A DNA stretch of 64,000 bases from an uncultured Pseudomonadota bacterium (GCA_963736005.1 CAVTNB010000001.1:1280001-1344000); one strand, 5' to 3'; positions 27,057-36,928 are shown, counted from the stretch's first letter. A program made the numbers and translations. Notes: generated by a model from the sequence alone, not told the origin.

Positions 27057-29120
27057 TCAGGAATTTTCGTCGCCGATGGTTTCCGCGACATTAAGAGTAT
27101 ACCCAGGAACGACCTCGGCGAGCCCAAGCACGGCGAGTTCTCCGCCGAATGCTTCGATAAAACGGGCCAACGGCAACCGCAGTGACTGCGAGCACACAAT
27201 GGTTGCGCCGGCGCATGCTCGCTCTTGGTAGGCCCGAAGCCAGCCGGCCAGCCGCGCAGCTGAGTCGGGTTCCAGTCCCAAGACCGGGGCCCGCTCGCTC
27301 GCGACGGTGGCGGCGGCAAGCTGGGATTCCAGGTTCATGGAGAGGGCCGCGGCTCGTATGACATTGTCCGCGTTTGCAAGCGACGAACAGATGCTCGCCG
27401 CCAACCTGCGACGTACTGCTTCTCCGATTGTTGAGACATCTCTTGTGTTTTCGGCTTCATCGGCGATAGTCTCCACAATGGTCGCCATGTCGCGCACGGA
27501 AACCCGCTCTCGAACTAAGTGTTGCAGAACACGTTGGACGAGACCAAGAGACGCCATTTCGGGCACAACCCCTTTGACAGCAGCTGGTTGCGCGGCTTTG
27601 AGGTTATCGAGCAAGAGCTGCACTTCTTGGCGCCCAAGCAGGGTCGCCGCATACGAGCGCACCACACCATCCAGCGCACTCGTCAAGACTGTGAGTGGGT
27701 CGACGACGATCGCCGCGGAGGTTGAATCGTGGCGGCCTGACTGCCGATCCCCCGGCGCAAGCCAAACGCCCGCAAGACCAGCGGCAGGTTCCAAAACAGC
27801 TTCGCCTGGCAACTGTGAAAGAGCCTTTGGATCGTCAAGCGCAAGCGGACGATCCGGATGAAGGATCCCGTGCGCTACCGCTCGGTCGCGCAGGCATATG
27901 GCATAACCTCGAGGAGGAAGACGCAGGTTGTCTTGCACGGCAACGCCGGGCATGACAATGCCTAGCTCCAACGCAACCCGCTTTCGTAGCAAGGCAATGC
28001 GGTTGAGGAGCGCATCGCAAGCCGGAACCTCGAGCAGTGGGAGCAACCGCTCGCCCAAATGAATCGACAGGGCATCGACCCCGAGCAGCGTCACTGCATG
28101 TTCGGGCTTTTGGGTTTCGGCCCGCAAGGTTTGTGCCTCGTGAGCGCTGCGGGCGAGCTCTTGACGGCGCACCGCGCGCGCCGACAGCGCCGCCACCCCG
28201 ACTGTGCCCGCTCCCAACAAGCCGAATGCTGCGTGCGGCAATCCGGGCACCAGTGCGAACGCAAGCATGGCGATACCAACGGCTCGCAGGGCGGCGGGGT
28301 GAGCTAACATTTGGCGCACGAGTTCCACGCCAAGCGTCGCCTCCGATGCCGCGCGCGTCACCATGATCCCCATGGCAGTCGACAATAAGAAGGCGGGAAG
28401 CGTGGTCGCGAGCGCGTTGCCTATAGAGAGCAATGGATAGGTTCGGGCAGCCGTCGCGACATCGAGGTGCTTGCCGATGATGCCGATCGCCATTCCAGCC
28501 ACAACGTTCACCAAGACAATCACGACCGCGGCGATCGCGTCGCCGCGAACGAATTTGCCGGCGCCGTCCATCGCACCGTAGAAGTCCGCTTCGGCCTGCA
28601 CCGCTTTGCGTCGCATCCTTGCCTGTGCCGCATCGATGAGACCCGTGTGGAGGTCGGCATCGATCGCCATTTGTTTGCCGGGCATCGCGTCGAGGGTGAA
28701 GCGCGCGGCGACTTCGGCCACGCGCTGCGCGCCATTGGTGACCACCACGAGCTGAACGACAATGAGGATGATGATCATGAGCGCCCCCACCGCGAGGTTG
28801 CCTCGCATGACGAATTCACCGAACGCGGGGATCACGCTGCCGACCCCTCCAGGCTGATCTCCTTGGGTGAGAATCAGACGGGTCGCTGAAACATCCAAGC
28901 TCAGTCTGAAGAGCGTGGTGACGAGCAGCAGGGACGGAAACGCTGCCAGTTCGAGCGGGTTCTGTATCGAAAGCGCGATGACAAGGACCGCGGTGGCAAA
29001 CATGATGTCAAACGCAAGGAGCACGTCGAGCAGCGGCGGGGGCAATGGAATGATGAGCATCGCAATGCTGGCGAGTACCGCACCGCTCAGCGCGCTACCA
29101 ACGAGATCTCTCGTTGGCAT
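27057..29120 (-). CDS. flhA: Flagellar/T3SS export gate protein FlhA (FHIPEP family)
   Basis: FPSLLL.TTLFRL, RVAEVAARFTLDAMPGKQMAIDADL, DFYGAMDGAGKFVRGDAIA, ERVSVRD. Confidence 0.93.
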   Translation of the reverse strand: MPTRDLVGSALSGAVLASIAMLIIPLPPPLLDVLLAFDIMFATAVLVIALSIQNPLELAAFPSLLLVTTLFRLSLDVSATRLILTQGDQPGGVGSVIPAFGEFVMRGNLAVGALMIIILIVVQLVVVTNGAQRVAEVAARFTLDAMPGKQMAIDADLHTGLIDAAQARMRRKAVQAEADFYGAMDGAGKFVRGDAIAAVVIVLVNVVAGMAIGIIGKHLDVATAARTYPLLSIGNALATTLPAFLLSTAMGIMVTRAASEATLGVELVRQMLAHPAALRAVGIAMLAFALVPGLPHAAFGLLGAGTVGVAALSARAVRRQELARSAHEAQTLRAETQKPEHAVTLLGVDALSIHLGERLLPLLEVPACDALLNRIALLRKRVALELGIVMPGVAVQDNLRLPPRGYAICLRDRAVAHGILHPDRPLALDDPKALSQLPGEAVLEPAAGLAGVWLAPGDRQSGRHDSTSAAIVVDPLTVLTSALDGVVRSYAATLLGRQEVQLLLDNLKAAQPAAVKGVVPEMASLGLVQRVLQHLVRERVSVRDMATIVETIADEAENTRDVSTIGEAVRRRLAASICSSLANADNVIRAAALSMNLESQLAAATVASERAPVLGLEPDSAARLAGWLRAYQERACAGATIVCSQSLRLPLARFIEAFGGELAVLGLAEVVPGYTLNVAETIGDENS

Positions 29121-30205
29121 CACGATGGCTCTGGGTCGCGCCCGCGCAGCGAGCCGCGCGTTCGCACGATCCAGGCAAAGATCGCAGCCACGGCTGCATA
29201 ACATTCTTCCGGTATTGGCGCGTCAACCTCGACTATCGCATACAGCGTGCGCGCAAGATCGGCGGACTCGACGATCGGCACCTCAAACTCGTGCGCGGCT
29301 GCGCGCACGATCTCGGCGGTCAAATCGGCGCCGCGCGCAACCACGATCGGCACGTCGATTTCCGGCGGGGCGTAGCGCAACGCAATCGCGAAGTGCGTTG
29401 GATTCGTGATGACCGCTGTAGCCTTCCTTATGGCTGCAACGCGTAAACCGCGCGAGCGCCGAGCCCCGATCGTTTTTCGCCGCTGCTTCACTTCCGGGCG
29501 CGTTTCGGATTCGGCACGCTCATCGCGAAGTTCGCGCGGCGTCATGCGTTGGCTTGCCGCGAAGCGTTTGCGAGTCATCATGACGTCGATCGCCGCAAAC
29601 ACAAGAAGGACCGCGCTTGCACGCCACCACGCGGTTACGGCGCCTCGTTCCATAGCGGCGACGGAGCCTGCCAGACCAGCCATACGCGCGGCCGTTTGAA
29701 TACTCGAGATCGTCGGCGGTAGCGCAATCCAAACGATCAACGCGAGAGCCAACCCCGAACTGGAGGCGTGCCAGACGTTCTCGACGCTTGCGAGGCGCCT
29801 CAGGCCCATCGATCCCGCGAGGCGAGCGAACCTCGGCGCACTTGCGCCCGGCGCAAAGCCAAGCGAGCCACACGCCAATGAGGCGACGATGCCACAAGAC
29901 GATGCGAGCAGCCAGCACATTGCGATGAGGTCCCAAGGTCTTGCGGCGCTGCCGATGGCGTGGGCCCATCTGACGAGCGTTGTTGCATCGAGACTGCTCC
30001 CGTGGGTTGCGCACGTCTCGGTTGCAACAACAAATGCTTGCCGCCATGAGCCCACACGCGAACCTAAGGCGAGGGCAACTGGTGCGGCGATCATGATTGA
30101 GAGAGCTGGTGCTGCGAGCTGGCTTCGCGCCATCCCGCCGCGCGCACGGACTTTGGCTCGATGCTTCGGAGTTGCTTCTTCGGTGCGCTCCTGAGCGGAC
30201 GCCAT
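29120..30205 (-). CDS. flhB: Export switch protein FlhB/SctU
   Basis: ERTEEATPK, RMTPRELRDE, NPTH autocleavage site, PIVVARG, LARTLY, AVAAI. Confidence 0.9.
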   Translation of the reverse strand: MASAQERTEEATPKHRAKVRARGGMARSQLAAPALSIMIAAPVALALGSRVGSWRQAFVVATETCATHGSSLDATTLVRWAHAIGSAARPWDLIAMCWLLASSCGIVASLACGSLGFAPGASAPRFARLAGSMGLRRLASVENVWHASSSGLALALIVWIALPPTISSIQTAARMAGLAGSVAAMERGAVTAWWRASAVLLVFAAIDVMMTRKRFAASQRMTPRELRDERAESETRPEVKQRRKTIGARRSRGLRVAAIRKATAVITNPTHFAIALRYAPPEIDVPIVVARGADLTAEIVRAAAHEFEVPIVESADLARTLYAIVEVDAPIPEECYAAVAAIFAWIVRTRGSLRGRDPEPS

Positions 30206-30207
30206 AC

Positions 30208-30924
30208 CTACGCCTGCGCGAGCATCGCCAAAAGCTCGCGAACGACCTCGACAAGAGAGATGAAGAGCGCGCTGCCGCCAGCGACCAAAGCAAGACCGAC
30301 GGCCGCGCAGATGATGGGGGCGCTCACAAGCATACCGTTCACCTGAGGCGCCGCCCTTGCCAAAATGCCAGCCAGCAGCGAGGCCAGCGTTTGTGCCAGA
30401 AGGGCGGGTGCAGCCAAAACGAGACTCTCCTTCAACGCAGCTTCGCCGAGACTGAGAATTCCGGAGAGCGTCGCGATGTGCAACGGCAACTGCAAGGTTG
30501 CTCGCGCGAAAATATTGACGATCGCATTGAAGCCCCCGGTTTGCAACAGAACCAGTATGAAGGCAACTTGATACAAATAGGCTAGAGCGCCGCCGGTTCC
30601 AGCGCGATCCGCAAAGGGTGCCCACATGAGACTCGAATCGATGAGCGATCCAGCTGCACTGACAGCCCCACACACAACACTTGCGCTTAACCCAAATGCT
30701 GCCCCGATCAACGCTCCGCTTGCAACTGCCTCGAACAGCGGTGCTGCGGGCCGAGACTCATGAGCGGCGAGAAGGATGGGTACGAGGGCGAGCGCGAGTC
30801 CGGCTCGCGCTACCCGCATCGTGCTGCCACCCGCGGCGAGAGGCAATGTTGCCGCGAACGTGCAGGCTTGGGTTACCGACGCAGCCAGCGCACCGCTTGC
30901 GCCGTTCTGCCAAAGAACGCTCAA
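30208..30924 (-). CDS. fliR: Export gate protein FliR (divergent)
   Basis: Hydrophobic; LAAP..GILARAAPQVN; lies between fliQ and flhB. Confidence 0.8.
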   Translation of the reverse strand: MSVLWQNGASGALAASVTQACTFAATLPLAAGGSTMRVARAGLALALVPILLAAHESRPAAPLFEAVASGALIGAAFGLSASVVCGAVSAAGSLIDSSLMWAPFADRAGTGGALAYLYQVAFILVLLQTGGFNAIVNIFARATLQLPLHIATLSGILSLGEAALKESLVLAAPALLAQTLASLLAGILARAAPQVNGMLVSAPIICAAVGLALVAGGSALFISLVEVVRELLAMLAQA

Positions 30925-31187
30925 CGCACGAGATGAGGGAGTACTTGGATCGATGCACGCAACAACTCACCCAGCAGCGCTAGTGCAAACGGTCCGCTCA
31001 TCGCGGCCAGGAGTATGATCACCGCAATCTTGGGTCCGAACGAGAGGTTTTGGTCTTGAATGCCGGTGATCGTCTGCGCTAACCCAACGATGACCCCGAT
31101 GACCCCGATGACCGCAACAATCGGCAACGCGAGCAACGCCGCGGTTTCCAGTGCTCGCGTGTAGAGATCGATAACGGCGTGATTCAT
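30921..31187 (-). CDS. fliQ: Export gate protein FliQ
   Basis: GLAQTITGIQDQNLSFGPKI. Confidence 0.9.
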   Translation of the reverse strand: MNHAVIDLYTRALETAALLALPIVAVIGVIGVIVGLAQTITGIQDQNLSFGPKIAVIILLAAMSGPFALALLGELLRASIQVLPHLVR

Positions 31188-31191
31188 CCAA

Positions 31192-31851
31192 CTACCGGTA
31201 TGACGCAGCCAACGCGCCGGCGACAAGTGTCCATCCGTCAACCGATACAAAAAGCAGGAGCTTTATTGGCAGTGAGATGGATGCCGGCGAGACCATGAAC
31301 ATGCCGAGCGACATGAGGATGACGCCAACGACGATGTCGATGATCGCAAACGGGAGCGCGAGAGCGAATCCCATCGCAAAGGCCGTTCGAAGCTCGCTCA
31401 CCAAAAATGCGGGTGCCAGCACAAAAAACGGTACGTCCTCTCTGCTCGACTGTGTCACTCGAGCGATGCGGGCGAAAGCAACGATGTCTGCAGGCCGAGT
31501 TTGCTTCGCCATGAACGACCGGAGCGGGCGTTCGGCGCGCGCAAAGGCCGCAGAGGCCGTCAGCCTGTGCGCCTCATAAGGAATCACCGCTTCGCGGCTG
31601 ATGGCTCCCAGCGTCGGCCCCATGATGGCGACGGTCAGCATGATCGCGAGAGCGATAAGGACGCTATTGGGAGGCAGGGCCGCGGTGCCGAATGACGCTC
31701 GCAATAATCCCAGCACGACGATGATACGCGTAAAAGACGTCACGGAAATGGCGAGGACAGGTAGCAAACCGAGCACGAGAAACGCCGCAAGCAGATCAGC
31801 GGGCGAGCCCAACTGGGGGTGGGCTAGGACGTGGGCCGCGACCTCGGTCAT
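31192..31851 (-). CDS. fliP: Export gate protein FliP/SctR
   Basis: TSFTRIIVVLGLLR, PPN, PAFLVSELRTAF, GMFMVSP..ISLPIKLLLFV.VDGW. Confidence 0.93.
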   Translation of the reverse strand: MTEVAAHVLAHPQLGSPADLLAAFLVLGLLPVLAISVTSFTRIIVVLGLLRASFGTAALPPNSVLIALAIMLTVAIMGPTLGAISREAVIPYEAHRLTASAAFARAERPLRSFMAKQTRPADIVAFARIARVTQSSREDVPFFVLAPAFLVSELRTAFAMGFALALPFAIIDIVVGVILMSLGMFMVSPASISLPIKLLLFVSVDGWTLVAGALAASYR

Positions 31852-32108
31852 CTTGTCGGCCGAATTGCGTCAGAAAGCACGTCGTGAATCTCAATGGCGA
31901 GTGCGCCGTCCTCAGTTGAGACGAGCTCCCCGGTCGCAACCGCAACCCCATTGACTAACAGCGGGGCCGGCGCATCGGCCGGAACATCAAGCGGTACGAC
32001 TGTGCCGGGCATGTACTTGAGGACTTCAGCAATTGGCGCCGTAGCCCGCCCGAGCATCACCGTGATGGTAACCCGCACATCTGCGAGCGTCTCCATGTTG
32101 AGGGTCAT
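31848..32108 (-). CDS. fliN: FliN/SpoA-domain switch protein
   Basis: LADVRVTITVMLGR..G.VVPLD..VNG..VATGELV. Confidence 0.85.
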   Translation of the reverse strand: MTLNMETLADVRVTITVMLGRATAPIAEVLKYMPGTVVPLDVPADAPAPLLVNGVAVATGELVSTEDGALAIEIHDVLSDAIRPTR

Positions 32109-32887
32109 CTGCCACTTACGAGCAGTTCGGTAAGCATGACGGCCCGTTGTCCGAACAGCGACCCCAGTTGTGCCCGCGCTATTCGCTGCCTTCCCGCATA
32201 AAGGAGCGCGTACGGTCCGCCGCAACTCCGCCGCAAATGGAGCAGCGAGCCGCTTTGCCACTGCGAAAGTGAGGCGAGGTCGCATGAGTTTGCGGGTATG
32301 GTCGCTCGAAGCGGTAGCGAAACGGCATGAAGATTCGGCCGCACGATCGAGGGTGGTGGGGGTGGCATGCAGGCAGCAAAGAGCAACAACCTTGACGCAC
32401 GGTTGTGAGGGCCAAACAATTCTATCGTGCAGCACCAGGTTGGCGGAAGCGGTCTCACGCGCAATTCTTCGCGGACGCTCCGAGCATCCGAGGATGATCC
32501 TGCAAAGAGCCTGCTGACCGCTTCGCCCACGATGCGCCGCTCGATTTCGCTGAGCCTACTCCGGGGCGCGGCGCCCACGATCAGACCGAGCAGCTCGCGC
32601 TCGCCCTGCGAATCGACAACGCAAAATGCCTCGATGCCCTCATACGCAACTCGCCAAGCTCGGTCTTCCGCACCTACAAGATCGAGATACGCCTCGCGCC
32701 GTATCGCGCTCTGTGAAGCGGAGGTGACCTCTCTGAGAACGTGCGGCGCAGTATCGAGGAGACTGCGCGCGAGCCGAGACAGCGTTTGGCCAGCCTCGTC
32801 AATTTCCCCAGCGGGCGCCTTTGAGGATTGTTTCGGCACGCTCCATCGTTGCAGGCGCGACCTCGTCGCTTGTCCGTTCGCGCTCAT
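32105..32887 (-). CDS. Highly divergent FliM-like protein
   Basis: R.LSEIERRI; C-terminal SpoA-like ARAQLG...GQRAV; directly upstream of fliN. Confidence 0.55.
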   Translation of the reverse strand: MSANGQATRSRLQRWSVPKQSSKAPAGEIDEAGQTLSRLARSLLDTAPHVLREVTSASQSAIRREAYLDLVGAEDRAWRVAYEGIEAFCVVDSQGERELLGLIVGAAPRSRLSEIERRIVGEAVSRLFAGSSSDARSVREELRVRPLPPTWCCTIELFGPHNRASRLLLFAACMPPPPPSIVRPNLHAVSLPLRATIPANSCDLASLSQWQSGSLLHLRRSCGGPYALLYAGRQRIARAQLGSLFGQRAVMLTELLVSGR

Positions 32888-33591
32888 TTGACGACGTTCA
32901 ATGCGATCCGCACAAGCGTGTCCTCACTATCGGCAAGTGCAACGTCGAGTTCGGCTCGCGCGCTGCGGATCCACACCTTGCGCGCGTTGTCGCGCACTCG
33001 TTCAAATTCTGGCGAAGCCGGCTGCCGTTCTATGCTGAGGTGCACCGCGTCGGCGGGAAAAAGCTTCGGCGAGCCTGATGGCACTGTGGCGACGAAGTCG
33101 GACGAACCGCGCTGCCCAAGCTCTTGGGCGGCTGGAAAAATCGCAACGCAAAGTCGCCCCAGTTCAACTCGATCCGGCTGCGTGAACTGATCGTTTTTCG
33201 GGAGGATTCCAAAGAGAACGCCTCGCTCGTCTATGTCGTAGTCAGCAAAATGGTGAGCCTCGATCTCGTTTTTTGGGACTCTCAGCGGAGCTGGGCCCAC
33301 GCCTACCTGATTCGTTGCAAACCCGAGTACCGAGCGGTTATGCTCGTCGAGCAAGCGACCATCGGCTGCCATGTGAAAGTGCGCATCTTTTGCGTACACA
33401 AAGCCGGCGTTGCTGCGGAGCACAAAAAAGCCGTTCTTCGCACCGAAATGACCGACGGCGTTGTTATCTGCGTCTTGCACGCGATCCGATGCCTGCTCGA
33501 GGGCACTGAGCCAGGATTGATTCTGCACGATGAGTTCGTTCATCTCGCTTTGCGGACTCGCGGTTGGCTCGCTGGAGATTGGCTCGATCAT
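32884..33591 (-). CDS. Highly divergent flagellar rod/hook-like protein (FlgE/F/G family)
   Basis: NGFFVL..G.VYAKDAHF...DGRLLD...SVLG and IDERG.L..LGRLCVA.F resemble the FlgE/F/G D1 core. Confidence 0.6.
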   Translation of the reverse strand: MIEPISSEPTASPQSEMNELIVQNQSWLSALEQASDRVQDADNNAVGHFGAKNGFFVLRSNAGFVYAKDAHFHMAADGRLLDEHNRSVLGFATNQVGVGPAPLRVPKNEIEAHHFADYDIDERGVLFGILPKNDQFTQPDRVELGRLCVAIFPAAQELGQRGSSDFVATVPSGSPKLFPADAVHLSIERQPASPEFERVRDNARKVWIRSARAELDVALADSEDTLVRIALNVVK

Positions 33592-34143
33592 GCGGGGCGG
33601 CTCTAGAGCGCAAACCCAGAAGCGACATACGCGCGACCGCGAAATACAGTGCACGTGAGGTGCCGACCATCGGCAATGACACATAGCCGCCGATACGGCA
33701 CTACGTGGCACGCCCCACGTTCGCGAAGTTGTCGCGACCGAGGCTCATGGCGACGTTGTTTTTCGGCGCTCGGAAGCATGCACGTGAAACGGTGGCGGCG
33801 ATCCTTCTCGCACTTGATGACGGTCTGCGCAGCCGCGCTGCTCGGCTTGGATTTTACCCGCGTGGTGAAAACGTTCTCACAAACACAAGGAGGGCGCGCA
33901 AGAGCAGTCGCGACTTTTTTACAAGGCTTCCAATCTGAGGATTGTCCGCCACGAACGTGCAGACCCCATGCCGCGCGTTGGGCGACGCTTAAGCCTCCGC
34001 GCGCACTGTAGCAACCTGAATACAGAAACGAGTCCTCTGAGACGCGCGCAACACCATGGAATATCATGTGCCACCTCGCATGGAGTGGCCATGATACTGA
34101 GGCGTGTTGTCCGAGTTGAGTCCATGTGACGACGAAACCGCGT

Positions 34144-35199
34144 TTAGTGGACCCGCATTTCGCTTGCCTTGAACGTCGCCACCACATCGGCACCCGGCTT
34201 GATATCAAGGTCCGCCGCGGACTGGCTCGTGATGCGCGCGACGATGGGAGGCGAGCTTGCAATGCTGACGCGGACCGCGCCTCCATCCGGAAATGCGTGC
34301 ATGACAGGGCCAATCAAGCAATTTCGCGCTGAGGAATCCGGGCGTGTCTTGGAGAGCACGACCGAATCGGGATCGATGACCACAGCGACGTGGCCCGTCC
34401 AGCTGCCGAGGACGGTCAGCGGCGTGCCATTGATCAACACGACGCTGACGCCGCCGGCCTCTGGGTGCGCTGTGCCCGTAAAGAGATTTACCCCAGAGAA
34501 CGCTGCAACATAGCTCGAACGTGGCCGCTCCCGTAGCTGCGAAGCGCTTCCCCGCTGGACGACCGTGCCTCGCTCGAGCACGATCAACTGATCCGCAAAG
34601 AGCATCGCCTCAACCGGATCGTGCGTGACGACAACGGCCGCAGCACCTGACTGCGCGATGTGCCCGAGCAAGGCTTCGCGCACGGGCGCCCGGCGTTCCA
34701 CGTCAATCGCGGAAAGCGGCTCATCGAGTAGGAGCACGGCCGGGGACGTGGCAAGCGCCCGCGCTATCGCAACCCGTTGCATTTCACCGCTCGACAGAGA
34801 TGCTGCTTTGCGATCAGCAAGTGACAGAACCCCGAAGCGCTCAAGCAGATCGCGACCGCGTACGCGCGCAAACGAGCTCGCGCTGCCACATGCGCGCAAT
34901 CCGAAGGCAACATTTTCAACAGCACTCAGATGGCCAAACAGAGCATACTCGGCGAACACGAAGCCGCAACTGCGACCTTGCGGCGGCACAAAGATGTGAC
35001 GCTCCGAGTCGAACCAACATTCGTCATCGTGCCAAATGCGACCGCGTTGCGGCCGCAAGAGACCCGCAATCGCGCGAAGAGTGGACGTCTTGCCCGCGCC
35101 GCTGGCTCCGACGAGAGCAACCGCTTGACCGGGTTGTACGCGCAGATCGCACGCCAGTGCAAAGCGTCCGAGAGCGTTGTGGACATTAATCTGCAGCAT
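34144..35199 (-). CDS. modC: Molybdate ABC transporter ATP-binding protein with TOBE domains
   Basis: GASGAGKT, LSSGEMQRVAIARAL, LLLDEP, SARN..ARIT..S. Confidence 0.9.
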   Translation of the reverse strand: MLQINVHNALGRFALACDLRVQPGQAVALVGASGAGKTSTLRAIAGLLRPQRGRIWHDDECWFDSERHIFVPPQGRSCGFVFAEYALFGHLSAVENVAFGLRACGSASSFARVRGRDLLERFGVLSLADRKAASLSSGEMQRVAIARALATSPAVLLLDEPLSAIDVERRAPVREALLGHIAQSGAAAVVVTHDPVEAMLFADQLIVLERGTVVQRGSASQLRERPRSSYVAAFSGVNLFTGTAHPEAGGVSVVLINGTPLTVLGSWTGHVAVVIDPDSVVLSKTRPDSSARNCLIGPVMHAFPDGGAVRVSIASSPPIVARITSQSAADLDIKPGADVVATFKASEMRVH

Positions 35200-35217
35200 C
35201 GAGGCGAGCCCGCAGCA

Positions 35218-36033
35218 TCACAATCCAAGACCGCTGTCTCCGGCAGCATGCCGAACAGCAAGCAAAGCGCCGTACGAGAGCAGCATCAAAATCACGGCAA
35301 TAGCAATTGCCGCTTGCAGATCTGTCTGCGCCGCCATGTAGACGGCGATTGGCATGGTCTGCGTGACGCCCGGCAGATTACCCGCGAACGTAATGGTTGC
35401 GCCAAACTCGCCCAGCGCGCGAGCCCACGCCAGCGTGAGACCACCCGCGAGAGCGGGCATTGCCGGCGGCAAGACGATGCGAATGAACGTATATGCACGA
35501 GAAGCGTGCAGAGTCGATGCTGCATCGAGAAGCTGCGGATCGACACGGGTAAAGACGCCTTTCGCGACGGCGATGTACAGCGGCGCCGCCACGAAGGTCT
35601 GCGCAATCACGACCGCGGCTGTCGTGAAGGGAAGATGCAATCCAAAAAAATTCAACTCGCGGCCCAAGAGGCCAGCACGCCCGAAGGCGAGCAATAAGGC
35701 CAGGCCACCGACCACCGGCGGCAACACGACCGGCAACATCACGAGTGTCTCCAGCGCCGCTCGTCCGCGAAATGGGGTGGACAGCAATGCCGCAAGTGGT
35801 GTGCCGAATACGACAATGATGAGGCTTGAGAGCAGACTCGTGCGCACAGATAGCCAGAGCGCTTGCGAGACCACGGGATCGCGCAACGCTTCGCTCATGC
35901 CCGATGGTGTGATTCGAAGGATGAGCGCGACGAGCGCGATTGCACCGAAGAGCACGAACAACGCCGCGAGAACGAGCGCTGTTGCGGTGAGCGTTGCGTC
36001 TCGCGCGGCCGAAGCGGGCGACCGCTTGATCAT
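35218..36033 (-). CDS. modB: Molybdate ABC transporter permease
   Basis: LPVVLPPVVGGLALL..FGR.G, WARALGEFGATITFAGNLPG.TQT.P. Confidence 0.93.
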   Translation of the reverse strand: MIKRSPASAARDATLTATALVLAALFVLFGAIALVALILRITPSGMSEALRDPVVSQALWLSVRTSLLSSLIIVVFGTPLAALLSTPFRGRAALETLVMLPVVLPPVVGGLALLLAFGRAGLLGRELNFFGLHLPFTTAAVVIAQTFVAAPLYIAVAKGVFTRVDPQLLDAASTLHASRAYTFIRIVLPPAMPALAGGLTLAWARALGEFGATITFAGNLPGVTQTMPIAVYMAAQTDLQAAIAIAVILMLLSYGALLAVRHAAGDSGLGL

Positions 36034-36051
36034 CTGGTGTGGTCGCAGCGT

Positions 36052-36780
36052 CTATTGCGGCGCGGCTGTGAAACCGAATCCAGCGAGAATATTTTGACCG
36101 TCCGAGGAATGAACGAAATTGACGAACGCAGTTGCGTCGCTCGGCGCCGCACTCGAGTGGACCGTCCCAACGTAGTAGGCAATTGGAGTGCCTGGCAGCA
36201 CCGGCAGCGTAATCGTCCGCACGCTCGTTTGGCCCAAGGCATCCGTGCGATACACGATACCTGCATCCGCTTCACCCAGGGTCACCTTGCTCAAAACAGA
36301 TTCGACGTCGAGTTCGTTCGAGACGACGTTCTGCAACACAGCGTCTGAATACTTGGGGCCATATGCAGGATCGGCATCCATGCCTGCGAGGAGTCTGCGA
36401 GCGTAGGCGCCGCACGGGACTGCCTGCGCGCAGAGCACGAGCTTCGTTCCGGGCTTGGTAAGGTCAAGCGGGCTTGCAATGCTTGATTGCTGCGCGACAA
36501 CCAGCACAAGTTGGTTGCTTGCAAACGCTACGGGATTTGCCACCACTCCAGCGCCGACTGCTTTGTCCATCCAACGCTCGTCTGCGCTGGCAAAGACATC
36601 CGCTTGCGCGCCGCTTTCGAGCTGCGCCTCGAGAATCTGACTGCCGTTAAAACTGAAGCGAAGAGTGACCCCAGGGTGGGCTGCCTCGAATTGTTTTCCC
36701 AAAGCGGGGAATGCATTGTGCAGCGAGGCCGCGGCGAAGACGGTGAGTACTGTTTGTGCAATGAGAAGAAGAGAAAGCAT
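36052..36780 (-). CDS. modA: Molybdate ABC transporter substrate-binding protein
   Basis: VFAAASL, GS..L..Q...GA.ADVFASA, VPCG.YA, GEADAGIVY.TD. Confidence 0.92.
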   Translation of the reverse strand: MLSLLLIAQTVLTVFAAASLHNAFPALGKQFEAAHPGVTLRFSFNGSQILEAQLESGAQADVFASADERWMDKAVGAGVVANPVAFASNQLVLVVAQQSSIASPLDLTKPGTKLVLCAQAVPCGAYARRLLAGMDADPAYGPKYSDAVLQNVVSNELDVESVLSKVTLGEADAGIVYRTDALGQTSVRTITLPVLPGTPIAYYVGTVHSSAAPSDATAFVNFVHSSDGQNILAGFGFTAAPQ

Positions 36781-36928
36781 GCGCTTTGGCTACGCCGTCA
36801 GCACCATGAAATCGCTGTGCGCGGTGCACAAGGTGGGGCGTGGGGGGTGTTACTCGGGGCTCAATCACCGATTTTCGGAATTTGCCTCTATTTTCTCGCG
36901 CTCCACGTACTGCGCCTGACAGTCCTTG

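Noticed and set aside
29120..30673. 517 aa FlhB with a long N-terminal extension, and similar long starts for dnaB, flhA, fliN and rpsF
   Set aside because: The extensions overlap upstream genes; the family-typical starts are downstream (30205, 13639, 29120, 32108, 15195).
33955..34010. c-di-GMP-I riboswitch-like words (GGGCGACGC..AAGCCTCCG)
   Set aside because: Lacks the GCAAA/GNRA P2 architecture and lies on the strand opposite the export operon.
36781..36900. Moco riboswitch upstream of modA
   Set aside because: Expected from context, but the conserved motif elements could not be identified.
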